Source of the DNA: Tubiluchus corallicola
Lineage: Eukaryota > Animalia > Priapulida
Direction of reading: 5' to 3'
DNA length: 64,000 nt
Assembly: GCA_030141605.1 (NCBI GenBank)
Contig: JAQGDQ010002372.1
Location: 434,001 to 498,000 of the forward strand
Part shown: positions 13,118 through 26,100 of the stretch, piece after piece
How positions within the stretch are numbered: position 1 is the first letter of the stretch
Layout: each line of letters begins with the position of its first letter
The notes under the pieces: model-generated
Databases searched by the model: none
What the model saw: only the letters and a program-made list of their open reading frames with translations
What the model was told of the DNA's origin: nothing
Translations under genes and position numbers: made by a program

Positions 13118-16100
13118 GTACAATTAAAACTAAAACTGTGATTATGTATTTTAACATATTTTTGATATTAGGCTTACAGTTACTGAACTAAACTAATGAT
13201 TTTTTTGTTTTAAGGACCCTAGTATGGAATTACTCAACTCTGCTGTTCAGGCACATCATAAGATGTATGGCTCTTCAACAACAACTTTACTGTTTATGGC
13301 TAATGCGTGGGTCCACTCTGCATTTGAATTAGTAAAAAAGGTTTGCTTTAAAAATTTGAAGCCTTTTAAATTGTATCAGTCTTAAAAAGTCAGGATGTAC
13401 CGGATCCGGATTCCGGACTCCAAGATCCAACATTTTTTATGGATCCGATCCAGATCTGGCAGAAATGTTCATTAAACTTTGCACAGTGTGTATTTCTAGT
13501 TTTCTATGTATAAAATTATCGATTGTGAAAAAAAATTAGAGCAGGTAAGAAAAATTGTACATGACATTTTAGTTACCCAAATAGTCTTAAGTTTTTTAAA
13601 GACTTTGAAGGATTCATATTAAAATCTTCAGAAATTCATTAGTTTTTATGCCACCATGCTTGTAGCGCTAGCGCTACCAGCAATTCTCATGTCGTGGTTC
13701 TTTGTTGCAAGTAGCATGCAAAGATAGTGCTACTGCTACAAAAATGCTTGCTAAAATTCCAGTAAGCTTTTACTTTTACTTCGAGTAAGAGCATAGTTTG
13801 GCGGTTTTTTAGTTTAACCAGAACTGGATCCAGTACATACAGCCGTGGATCCGATGTATCCCTATGGAAAAGCAAACATGTTACTATGAAGTCTGTATCT
13901 TAGTTTGGCAAATACACTAAAATCTAAAATTCCAAAATTTAATTCAAATTATGTTAATTTAAAAAAAGTACTGTTGCATAACATTTGGCTTGTAAGTATG
14001 ATTTGCTTTGCATATGCACTTTTGCAAGCAGTGCTTTGTGTTGACAATGAGTAATGTACTAGTCTATATACTGCTAATGTACCTGGTAATTAATTACTTG
14101 TGTAGACAATTAGGTAATTGTGACACTTTGTCTAAAGTCAGTATTCAAAAAATTCTATATAAACATTCCTGCAAGAAGGTGGACTTTCTGTAATTTCAGA
14201 TTTAAACTACAGGTGCAAATCTCCTTTACTCAGCACTTTTGCAGTTGTATTCCAGACATCTAGAATAGAGCATCACACATTGCCAACACAAAACATTGTT
14301 TTTTTAATTAATATAATCTTGATTAAATTTTTGAAATAAATAGGTTCTAGCTTTTATGATATTTGGCTATATTTATTTGTTTATTTTTTTGTATTAGGGA
14401 ATACCAAGAACTATTATTACTGAACTGATGAACGGGTGTCTTGAATGTTGTCTTGAGCAATTGTCTGCTGTCAGTATCAAGGCATCACTTTTCCTTCAGT
14501 CACCATCGTTAAGCAGCTGTCATGAACTCAAAATGCCTGCAGCAGATTTAATGAGACAGGCTGACTGTGTAAAATGTTTGCATAGCAATGGACTTTGTGA
14601 AGATAAACTTGAGGAAGTTGACGATATTAGTGATATCTTTTGGTGTTTTGATAAATCTAACATAGAAATTTCAAATTGTGAACATTCAGCGTTTTCCTGT
14701 GAAGATAAAATCGATGTACTAGGTAACAACTTTGTTTTAACTAATCCATTTAACAGAAATGCTGGTCTGGATCTGGATTCCACAAATACAAATTATGAAC
14801 TGTCGAATTTTCATAATATTACCAGTATGCAATCTTATGAAAGTAAGTCTGGTGGCAGTAGTGAGGCTATTGCACATGAAAATTTATCAGATACAAACAC
14901 ATTTACTAAATACAAGGAAATACTTTCTGCACAATTTCCATCTGTTAGTAGTAAAAATAAAAGGTCGAAACAGGGGCTGTCTAATGGTGCAGACACTGGA
15001 ATTCCTACAACTTGTGCTACCAAACCAAATGTACTTAATCCCTTGACTATATCACCTGAAAACAAAATAATTGATGACCATTCAGGATATACTAATGCTA
15101 AAAACAGTGATACTGGTAGATTTGCCAACAACATTAAGGTTGATAGATCAGTATTCAACTTAAGTGCTTGCAAAAGACATGTACTTACTAAAAGCAGACA
15201 TTTTTATACGCTTAATACCATGCGTAATAGTCGGTTTAGTGATGGGAACTCTGTGAAGACGAGTGGAGAAAAAACTTCTAGTTATCTTACCACATGCAAG
15301 CCAGATCGCAGTCTCGAAGTACCAAATGCTTCCATGTGTTTCACTTGTAAACAAAACAGCAGCAGTGCACAAACTGATGAGAACAGTGGCAGAGTAATTT
15401 CTGCTTGTGAAAAGATTGCATACGGATTAAGTCACAGTAATGAGGACATGATGAAACTTGCTTTGGATTGTTGGAAGAGACAAGCACAGATGCAGCATGT
15501 TTCAAAATGTCACTTGCCCAGGTATTATAGCCTTGTGTTTACCTGTTTTATGATTATTTTTAGTATTTATTAACCAACTTTGTTTAGTAGGATATGCATA
15601 TTCACCTATTTAACTAATTAATGTTAAACTTTTGATATATGTACAATAATACTTGTACATATCCATATCCTAACTTGATATTTTTTGCAGATTGAACACT
15701 GCAAGAGTATACACATGCAGCATTGCTGGCCTACCACACTGGAAAAGTACAGTTGTCCAAGGAATATTATTAAAAGTAAACTCGGATACTGCATGCATGC
15801 TGTCCTGTAATTTTCCTCGAGTTTACAGAGCGTTGGTATGAAATATAACACTTACATAGCTCACTTTATAAGTTTTACCTGCTGAAATCATTGTGTTAAG
15901 ATAGAACATACCTTGTAGAATTTTTTAACATTATCTGTTTGGTAGAGGACAGATTTCAGATATTGAAGCAGCATGAAATGTGCCCTCTGCTGCTACTGCA
16001 CATATGAATATATAACCTCATTTTTATTTTGTGATCTGACAATTTTGTTATGTATTACTTATTGACTGAACTGGTAATGGAAATCTGCTTTATTGGAATT

Positions 16101-19100
16101 TGATTAAAAGCATTTATACTTTTATGTGTATTCTAATTACACGTTGTTTCTTGCTTCTTTTCAGCTTGTTGGAGGAAGCATAAACGAAAAATTTCACCAC
16201 ACTGGCTATCAGCCAAATGTCGAACCTTCTTCTATATCTTATACTGCCAGTCATACAAATTTGCAATCACAATGGTTTTGTGAAATCACTACAGTATTAA
16301 AGGAGGTAATTAAAAAAAAACAAGGGAAGAGAAAGAAAAATGTGACCCTGCATTTCCTTGTTTTTTAATTGTGGGATCTTAATTCTTTCTTACTATTTTT
16401 GTCATTAAGAATAAATTTGTGTTATTAAAAGAGGTAATTTTTATCTCTAGGATTTTTGTGCATAACCTGTGAATATAATGTAATTGCAGTATAAATTGAA
16501 AATTGTTACGCATAATTGGATTTTGCTTAAAATGTTTGGTTGTTTTAAACAACCATTTCGAATAATAGTCCAATTCTTTTCTTGTAGAAGTTCATTACTC
16601 TGCTGATAGTGAAAGGTGAAGTAGATGCAAATGTACAAGATTTCTGCAACCAGAACAATATAACAGTTATCCAATCTGTGCCTTGGAAAGCCTTAGAAGC
16701 CCTTTCTGCCACTACTGGCATTGCAGTCCTATCATATCTGACCGACTGCTTTAATGTATGTATTTCTGTGTGTTTTCTTTTTTCCTCATGGTACAGTTTT
16801 CACATTTTATGAAAAGTTTATTAAGTATGTGATAAGTTTATTAATAATATTGAACAATATAAATGTATTTTTCAGGAGTTTGTGGATAATGTCCATGTTG
16901 AATTATGGGATAATGACCAATGGGGAACAGCTGAATGCAGCTATGCCTGCGTGGCTGTTGGATGTGATGTTCAGGTATTTAACACATGCACTTTTTGTAA
17001 ACTCCAAATATTGTACAAATGGTATGAATCTTTAAAAAGTTAGAAAATTACTAAATGGCCATAGCAATTTTTATAATACAGTTAGCTGATCAGTACAGTT
17101 TTATAGTACAGTTAGCCTTTTCTGACCATGACTATAGCATAGAAATTTCTTGGCAACTTCACAGGCAGTGGACTTTGTGACCCATTCAAATTCATTTTAA
17201 ATTTTCAAAACTCTAAGCATCTAGTCAATGTGCTATTTTGGAAAGCAGTATTACCAATGACAATGTGTCTTGATCGTATGTATAGTTTCTCAGAAAAGTT
17301 TGTTTTTATTTTTAATCTGTTTGTGTTTCATTAGACTCATCATATAACCACTGAAATAATGTGTACATTCGAAACAGTTTACTGCTCGTGTAAGCACAAT
17401 TTTTGATACCACCAAAAGTGTATCACAAAGTTTGTACAAAGTTTTTATGTACAAATTGTGCAGACCATTTCTCGTGGATTACAACATAACACGAGTGAAA
17501 GTACTTGTCTCATTGGTAGACAACAAACTATATTGTTGTTAGTAGCTGTAATAGAAATAATAGTAATGACAAGGATTATGAGTATGACTACCTGATAGGC
17601 TTCATGATATTTCAGACTGCTGTGATATGCTATCCTTCTGCTTCAGCTTTAGAGCTTCAAGAAGAGTCATTCTGGCATTGTGTCAATCGCATAAGAAATG
17701 TCAGCACAAGTGGTATATTGTTGCCAGGTGGTGGCCAGGCAGAGAAAACTTGCATTAATGTTTTGCAAAAGCTACAAGGTAAATTTTTCGAAAACGTTAT
17801 GCCACTTTAAAAACTTTTTTACTTCATGCAGGGAGTTTTCTTAGTTTTGGTTTATTTCATATTTACACTTAATATGCAGTGTTCCAGAATAACATCAAGG
17901 CTCTGTAATATTGTTGAAATTGAAATTGAATAATTTATTCTTTTCTAAAATCCAACAATTTACATTAAATTTGTAATATGAACTTGGGAAACAGGAGGGG
18001 CAGCAAAGGGATCATATTGTAACATTTTGACTACTTGGTGCAAAATTTCATAATTTTACACTTTCTTTTAAAATAACAAACGTAAATAATAAAAAACAAA
18101 ACAGCCAATGAATACAAATGCCAGTGCAAAACAAAATCATGCAAGTAAAGGCATCAAAAGTCAAATGATAATAATGACTTGCATTTTAGTGGCTGAAATG
18201 ATGAAACCGAATCAAACTGCCGAATCGGTTTGTTTGATTTTGCTCAGCAATGACATTTTACCCCTCCTGTTTGTCTCACTTCGACTAGCAGCTCTTGCGC
18301 GATGGACCCGATTCGTTAATTAACACAGTTAACATTCTGCGATATTGGAAATCAACCGTTTCTTTATTTATTTCTCCAAAGCGATGGTACCGCGAGTCAC
18401 CAAAGTTGGTGGGTAGTCACCTGAGGGTGGGAGACAGAAGTGATATGTGCAAAAGTGTTAAAATGGGGTTTGGTCAATAACTCCATAAGTATACAAGCTA
18501 GAATAAAGAAACTTGCAGGGTAGGCACCTAACTAAGGTAGACACAGAGCGGTATGGGAATGGTGACCTCTGGGTTAAACTTCACAGCAGTAGGACCCAAA
18601 ATGTGAAAATTAGGGCAACTGACTTTGTCGCTCAACACCACTGACAGTATTGATTAGAAGCCTATGTTATTGCCTTATGGGTAAGCTGTCGAGCATAGAT
18701 ATGTGCTAAGAAAATTTTGAAAAGTGCTGTGACCAGGTCATGTGATATAGGCGACAGTGTTAAAATAGGGTCGCAGAAAAATGGATTTTCTAGGTAATCA
18801 AGCATGGAGAATTCAGCAATAGCAAAATTATGATCTTGAGATCACAAAAATCAAGTCAGCAAAGATTTTTCACAGTCAGCACTTGCAGTTTTGGTCACAA
18901 TTCAGAATCTTAACCCTTTCACTATGGAAGGCGGTACAGTGCCTCCTATGTTTTTCATGCAAAGGACGAAAGGCGATAGACTGCCGCCCAAGCTCAGCAC
19001 TAAGCGCAGTCACACAGATCTGTTTATTTCAGTGCTACGGCCTTGCAAAAACTTTGTAGAAAAGTTTTACAGCCGTGGGATTGGGGTTGCTTCGCAACAA

Positions 19101-20790
19101 GTAACGCTACCAGTTAATCAGTGTCTGAAGCCAGGTGCATTCCACGATACTGTACTGTATGGTATGCTCTTGTCACTAATGTAATCACTTGTAAATCATT
19201 GATGAAATGTTTGTTTGGCTGATTGTTCTGCATTCTTGTAAAATGATTGCATATTATGAAATAGTATTGTGTCTTTGGTGAAAACTGGTTTCTAACTACA
19301 TACTTATTTATGATGGTGTGCATGTGTGTATGTGTGTGAGTGCAAGTATGTGTGCTAGCATGTGTGTACATGTGTTGAAATAAAACTAATAGTTAATATT
19401 AGTACTCAGTAACAAACAACTATTTGTTTATTTACAAGATTCTGTTTTAGTAACACACCATAAGAAGTTATTGTCAAATCTGCAAAAGTCAATGTGGCCC
19501 AGTTAAAAAGCAACAACATAGTGAAGGGGTTTGGGGCAGCGATAACTTGCAGTAGACTGCAACAACACATGCAGTCGCAAAAGTGCGACGTTGAAAAAGA
19601 CTTGTATACCATACAGCCATATAACATAGCTACTTTCAAAGTTCTGCTTTTTGTGGACTTCAAATTTGCTTTTATAAGGTTAAAATATGGCATTAAGACC
19701 AAAAGGAAAAACTCCTTCAAATCACGTATATTTTTTTCAGTATGACCTATAAGCAAAGCAATTTTGTTTTTTATTTGATTCGACACTGCTTGTGATTCGA
19801 CTCTTTTGGGCTCTGCCAACAATGTTTTATCTCTACTAAAATGAAAGGTTCAGTATCGGCTTCATTAGGCAAAATAAAGGTTCTTTCTATCACTAGTCTA
19901 TTTAATTTAAATAAAAATAAATTAATTGCTTATGCAAAATGAAATTTCATGCATTCATAAATTGGGAATTGAGAACTATTTGTTATTTATTGAGAATTAT
20001 GAGTAAATTTTATTAATCTCATTCTTGATGTTTGAGACAAGTTGAGACGCTTACTTAATTCATTGCAAAAGTAGAATTTGCAGCTGATTCAGAGTGAATA
20101 GTTTTAAAATGAAAAAGATTGTGTATTACATTTTTTGAAATTTTATTATGAGAACTCTAAGTCATTATTACCTATTAATTATTCGGGCCACAAGATATTT
20201 ATTTTACTTTTGCTACCAGTCTACTTTTTTTAGTTGAACCACGTATGTAACAGTACATGTGTGTGTATGTTCTAAAATAAATGATGTTAATAATAATAAT
20301 AATAATAATAATAACAATAATAATAATCTCTACCAATAAATCGATAAAATGTTATATCTTTGTTTTAATGCTGGCCATTATTTAACTTTTCAATAAATTT
20401 AGATATTTGACCTTAATCAGTATAAATTAATTGAATCAGTGGTACATCTTTCCTGTTTTTTATGCAGCTAAGGGATTATCAAGGAGAGACTTGTTAATGA
20501 GAGAAGTTGCACACTTTCTTTGCCGTGGCTTCGTTCAGTATTTGCAATCAATTGATCACAGCTACAAAATGTTGGAGATCGAACAGGGCAAGGAAATGTC
20601 TGACAAACTGGGAGATACAGGAAATTATTATGGCAGTAATACAAAAACTATCTATGATGATTATGTAGGTAAAACTGAAGCGTGGAGGACAGCCTTAAGG
20701 CATGTATGTACTTTAGTTCAAATTGATTCTCTTATTATTCCTGGTGCTGAAAACCAAACTCTCTCTGTTCATAATGTTACTTTATTGTAA
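13039..20790 (+). CDS. BBS12: Bardet-Biedl syndrome 12 chaperonin-like protein. Exons 13039-13117, 13215-13340, 14398-15521, 15691-15835, 16165-16305, 16588-16755, 16876-16974, 17616-17778, 20468-20790. Extreme 5' exon(s) unresolved.
   Basis: Motifs LLNSAVQAHHKMYGSSTTTLLFMANAW, GIP, LTKSRHF, GLSH, RVYTCSIAGLP, GSINEKFHHTGY, EESFWHCVNR, LPGGGQAE and YDDYVGKTEAWRTAL are colinear with BBS12. All junctions are GT-AG and phase-consistent, giving ~790 codons. Confidence 0.9.
13215..13340 (+). CDS. BBS12: BBS12 exon
   Basis: DPSMELLNSAVQAHHKMYGSSTTTLLFMANAWVHSAFELVKK. Confidence 0.9.
13391..13864. mobile_element. MITE with GGATCC subrepeats in a BBS12 intron
   Basis: Termini caggatgtaccggatcc / ggatccgatgtatcccta. 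Confidence 0.55.
14398..15521 (+). CDS. BBS12: BBS12 large exon with Ser/Asn-rich insertion
   Basis: Corresponds to ORF 14428-15573; GIP at the start, SRHF and GLSH motifs. Confidence 0.9.
15691..15835 (+). CDS. BBS12: BBS12 exon
   Basis: LNTARVYTCSIAGLPHWKSTVVQG...YRAL, phase 2 to 0. Confidence 0.85.
16165..16305 (+). CDS. BBS12: BBS12 exon
   Basis: LVGGSINEKFHHTGY...WFCEITTVLKE. Confidence 0.85.
16588..16755 (+). CDS. BBS12: BBS12 exon
   Basis: KFITLLIVKGEV...ALSATTGIAVLSYLTDCFN, chaperonin apical-domain-like. Confidence 0.85.
16876..16974 (+). CDS. BBS12: BBS12 exon
   Basis: EFVDNVHVELW...VGCDVQ, phase 0 to 0. Confidence 0.75.
17616..17778 (+). CDS. BBS12: BBS12 exon
   Basis: TAVICYP...EESFWHCVNRI...LLPGGGQAE. 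Confidence 0.9.
18187..19897. mobile_element. Composite of nested repeat remnants in the last BBS12 intron
   Basis: Imperfect inverted ends tagtg...atgaaaccgaat / atcggcttcatt...cactag around unrelated repeat-like sequence. Confidence 0.35.
20468..20790 (+). CDS. BBS12: BBS12 last coding exon
   Basis: HFLCRGFVQYL...IYDDYVGKTEAWRTALRHVCTLVQIDSLI, then TAA. Confidence 0.88.
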
Positions 20791-21382
20791 AATGTATAAG
20801 AGTATTAAAACAGTTCAGACAGGTTAACAAAAGCCACTTAATGTTCCTAGAAAAATGCAAAATATTACTATTTATTAAAGCAGCACTGAAGGCATGTTTA
20901 ATCTTAAGTTCAAATCATAGATTTGTTTGCACCTACTTCAATGTGCGATAGATGGAAAAGATATTAGTAATGAGGTATAGCATACAAAACGTTTAGCTAA
21001 AGTCACTTATATATCGTACTGTGTAAGCAATAAACTGACAAACTTTTAGTTTGACAAATTAGTTTGACCATTTAAACAGTGAAACTGACAAAATTTCTGA
21101 TCATTCCTGCTTTTTGAATGTCTTACCACCAGGTGCTTTATGTCACTTAAATTATGCTTCTGACAAGTGCGAGTTTGTCCACGTGTATGTTTCCCGAAGG
21201 ATAAAATTAGTTTGAACCTATAACAAAGCCTGTCCATTGTAGGAGGTGTAACCATAAAATTTATCCTCCGCAAGAAAAAAATTGTAGGAGAACAGTAGAT
21301 TTTTAGATGTGATCAACGGAAAAATAACTGTGCACCGAGGCAGCATTACACTTCCTTGCACAGAATAGAAATTTACGTCGTA

Positions 21383-21545
21383 CATTAAGTCAGTACACCT
21401 GGTCTACTCAGTCTCAAAACTGTCATCGGTAAAGTGCAGAGAACCACAGAATAGTAATATACAATGTAAATTTCTATTCTGTGGTTCTCTGCACTCTACC
21501 GATGACAGTTTTGAGCCTGAGCAGACCAGGTGTACTGACTTAATG
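21383..21545. repeat. Palindrome/hairpin with 72-bp arms and a 19-nt loop
   Basis: 21383-21454 is the near-perfect reverse complement of 21474-21545. Confidence 0.9.
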
Positions 21546-21597
21546 TCAGGTTTGAAAGGAAAAGAAGACTGATACTCACTGCTCTTTTCTTTGGCTT

Positions 21598-21798
21598 TGT
21601 GTTGAGTAGTAGATGTGGGTAGCCACTAAAATTACTATCATTGCATTCATTTGCAGAAATGCCATGAGGTATGTTAGTCCTAAATAAAGCATGTTTGTTG
21701 TGTTGAGTAGTAGATGTGGGTAGCCACTAAAATTGCTATCAATACATTCATTTGCAGAAATGCCATGAGGCATGTTTGTCCTAAATAAAGCATGTTTG
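21598..21798 (+). repeat. ~101-bp tandem duplication present only in copy 1
   Basis: tgtgttgagtagtagatgtgggtagcc...taaagcatgtttg occurs twice here and once at ~53855. Confidence 0.85.
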
Positions 21799-22820
21799 AG
21801 AAATTGCAGGCTCAAATAAGTTAGTATGGGTTTATCTAAAATGTTTTTGTGAGTCACAACTTACAATAGTAATATTAAAACAATTATGATCATTGCAAAA
21901 TTGGTCAGTAACTTCTGATCTAGGTAAAATATAGTTTTCATAAATTTAACCAGAAATGTTAATTATAATCTCTATTTGCTGTGCATTTTTAACCCAGAAA
22001 GTTGTGAATAGCATTCTATTTTTAGATCATAGATTTGATCAGGAGTATACACTGTATTATTGTTTATACAGCCAGTAATGGAACACCATACAGGACTCCT
22101 ATAGTTTCGGTACAACTGTAGTTTAGTAAATAAATTGCTTGCCTTCTTATTTGATATATTCCAAGATTATTTTTGGTCATCTGTGGTGTTTGTAATGCTG
22201 TGATGTAATTTGTGTAAAATTGTGTGACTTACCACATGTGTGTGCAAATTGTTAAATGCACCAGAGATTCCAGTTACCTCACCGACAAAACTAAAGCAAC
22301 TTATTTTTGCCTGTACAAAGCTTTTAATCAATTTTTAAATATAAGATGGTTATCACAAATGTCTAAACTATATTTTGACATCTAATCATATTTTGTCTTC
22401 AGCGTTTAATAAACTTAGAGGTAATATTTATTTAATTTTTCAAATTAATTAAGTGTACAGCAATAATGGTTAATGACTTTTATAATTTAAATAAAGTTTC
22501 ACACTGCAACAAAATAATAAAAGAATTATCATGAAATTTTTGTGTTTGATTTTAGTAATGCTGTATTAACCTAGTAACATTTATGTTTAAAATGAATTTC
22601 TTTGTTATATTAGCTTTTATGCAGATGTGTTTCAACATTAAATCAAACCAATTTGCTAAAACTGTAATTGGGCAGAAAAGACAACGCAATGCTGCAGGCA
22701 GTCTAATAGACAGGCCTATTTAATGTAATTTTTTATTGAGGAAAAACTTATCAGTCCCAACCTACCTATCGAGATTTTTATTCTTGCATTCGTACTTTTC
22801 TGTATAGCTACTGTAGCACC

Positions 22821-23119
22821 TTAATGGTAATGCTTTTTCATTGAAATGACACTTTTGAATAGTTTTGCAATGCGGGCCAAGAATTCATAGATATGCTGTA
22901 AAATTTCAAAGGCATCACAGATTAAGGAAGCAGTTTGTTGTGCAAAGTTGATCAGAAAGTTGATTAAAGTTTCAAGTTGTTCTTCTGTTAAAGTGCATCT
23001 TTCCGTAAACACTGCACTAGGACAAGTTGACGCGGTTTCCTGTACGCTGACTGTCTCCATTGTTATATCACCCCATGTGAACAGAGTGCCGGTATTTGAA
23101 CAACTCGTGCTCATTGCTT
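22821..23119 (-). CDS. Pentraxin A last exon (domain end plus helical tail)
   Basis: AMSTSCSNTGTLFTW...FLARIAKLFKSVISMKKHYH*. Confidence 0.85.
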
Positions 23120-26100
23120 CTGAAATGAGGATTTTGGAAAATTTTCAATTACATTTGCTATTACCTAAAGTATAAATTCTTATATGATATTCTATTCTAA
23201 TTAAATGCACATCGTTCACTTCCCACAGTTCTACTTGCAGCTTTACTGATTATAATCTGCAGGGCCCGACTTAATTAGATAAGAGAGGCCCTTGACTGTT
23301 CTACTTGTGAGGTCCATCCCAATGCACCACCATCGATTACGACTATAGAAGGGGAAGAGTTTTAAGCACACTTTAGTGAAGCCGAGGATGATGAATATCA
23401 TAATGACACTTCTAAATACCGTAGTTAGTAAAAAAAATGCATAAATAAAAAAAAACAATGACAAAGTTTTGCAAAGATTTTAAAGAATTATTAGGAATTT
23501 TTTAGAAAAATTAGCCTGCTAGTTTATCTTCAGGTGATACATAAACTGATATTTAAAAGTCTACTGCTCAGTTCGCTACAACTGGGGCAGAAACTGCCGT
23601 CAAACTGAAATAATAATTAGCTTGCTTCTGTCACATCACTAAAATAAATCTTCAGAAGTTATTAGAAAAGAATAATTCAGGGCGCACCCAGAGATATTAT
23701 TGAATAAAATAGAAGGCTTGTTTAGAAACTAGTGCACAATATGCATAGGAAAGACTTGTAACAGTAATAAGATAATTATACTTTACCCTTACCAGAACCG
23801 GCCCCCTCCCGGATTTAATGCCCCAGCTTCAGCTTGTCTAGTCTATAAGTAAATCCGACCCTGATAATCTGCATTTTCATATGCTAATACTTTGATATGC
23901 CTTTCAGTTTACGACATTGTGACATGAACCGTAATGAATGCGAGCAGAATTTTTATCAATTTTGCATATCATAGTAAGAGTAATCGTTTTGTATATAAGT
24001 AAAATCTGCCACAGTAATTACAAACAGTTTGAGATAAATATAACAGCTTTACAATAAAAGAGTATCTCTTTTCCAGCTGAATAATTAGTTTATTTACCTA
24101 TTACATTTTCCTCTAATTTGCTGTCAAATATCGTAATATCTGTAACACATCCTCGAAAGCTCTGTCGTTCTTCAAAGCCGCTTTCCACATCGTCTTGGTC
24201 TTGCCCAAAAATCAGACATCCGCCTGATTGGATTGAATCTGCGCCAGCTCCAGTAAATGTACTTGTTTCTATCGTTAAATAATTAGTTAAAACTATGTAC
24301 AATATGTAGCAAAAAAGACAAAATGCAAAGGCACTGCCACGCAAATATCATTGCTATAATTTGTAAGTGACAATACTTAAATGAGTTCACTTTGCAAAAA
24401 CAACAGTCTATACTGAGAGAACAGAATGAATAGCTGCAGCGATCACAGGACGTGATTAAACTGAACTAGAAACACGTTATCCTAACTGGATAGTCCAATA
24501 GTTGCAAACTGTAACAATATTTTTTAATATAAATACAGGATAATTATATCTTTTGAATTAATTATTATTATCACTCTCAACTGTTTATGTTTTTTAATCT
24601 TTAGCATACAAAATTCATTGAAATTAATTTATACATGTTACTTCATTGATTTCCAAATGTGAAAACTCAATGGCATATGTGTAGTACGAGGTATTATTTA
24701 AGAAGCAAGAGCTAAGGAGCAAGAAGCAATAGGCGGAAATAAAATAATTATTCGTCTAGTATAATGAAAAAACTAAATGGAAGTACGTTAGCACGGACCT
24801 GTTACTCCATCCACTGTTACGCAAAACGAACCGTCCATTGACCAGCCAATGCAAACATAATGCCATTCATTGTCCCTCAGATTGGCTGCAATATCTGTAA
24901 TCGTCCTGCCATTGTAAAATAACGTAACAGCGTTAACTGTGTATTAGTATTTAATAAAGTGTCATTGCAGCATTTACGTGGTAAACATTTCTATTCTTTC
25001 ACGGTTTATTTATAATTGAATTCCATTATAAACTTGACATTTCTGCGGCAAGTGTGGTAGTATGGATATTATAGGTAATTTGTTAGCGACAAGGAAACTG
25101 AAGATCATATTAGAACATGGTATGCCATTGTTGCTCTTACTGATAAAATTATTGTGCTATACTATCAAATTGCACTTATAAAAACCGATACACCATAGAA
25201 TTTCTATACCTAAGTGAAGTGTTGTTCCGACAGATCGGTTCCCGGTATTTGCGAAAAATGCGGGTTCGGTATCGGTTTTGAAGAAAATAAAAAAATCTGT
25301 GTTGGTTTGGTATTGGTTTCGGGGAAAATAAAAAATCTGTGTCGGTTCGGATGGGTTTTTCGGGTTCGGAACAACACTAACGCTTATACATATTTCAACA
25401 AAAACTGTGAAGGTCTCTCGTTGCGTAATTACTTGATAGCATTAGCAGCAAGATGTTTAGACATGGACAGGTAAACATCTCCAGTTTTGAAAGATATTTC
25501 CAATTTTCCACTTGTGAACACAAATGTTAATAATCTGCATTTATAGCTGATCTAAACAATAATCAATGATCGGTTAATCGGTATCGGTTTTGAGGAAATC
25601 ATTATCTACTTTCAAAGAAAATCAATAATATATCGATTCGATACTGGTTTTGAGAAAAATAGGTATCGGTTCGGATCGGTTTTTTCGGTTCGGAATAACA
25701 CTCCATATGCCAGCAATAAGCTAGAATATAATGATGTTTCAATACATTTCTAGGTATTGTTATACTACTTTCAAATAGATCATAAAATTACATAATTATA
25801 GCCCAATTTGAAAGTTAAGTTTTTCTTGGTGTACCTTTATTTTAGGCTGTACATCAACACATCATTAACGACTCATTTGCTTGAATTTCACATTTCTAAG
25901 AAAGTGTCAGAAAGAACTTTAACATTTGAAAAGTTTTGACAAACTGTGTGAGACAAAAGTATAGAAGTTTTGAGAAAAGTCTGAAAAAGATCAAAGGAAA
26001 AGTTTTATTGTGAAAGAAATAGAATCCTATGTTAGTAGTTCGTAGTATAATCTCACTGTAGTTCTCCATTGACAAATACAAGAATGTCGTTTCCTCGAAC

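Noticed and set aside
14520-15851. Overlapping antisense and alternate-frame ORFs
   Set aside because: Shadows of BBS12 exons.
22948-23175. Plus-strand ORF (and its twin at 55095-55295)
   Set aside because: Antisense shadow of the pentraxin last exon.
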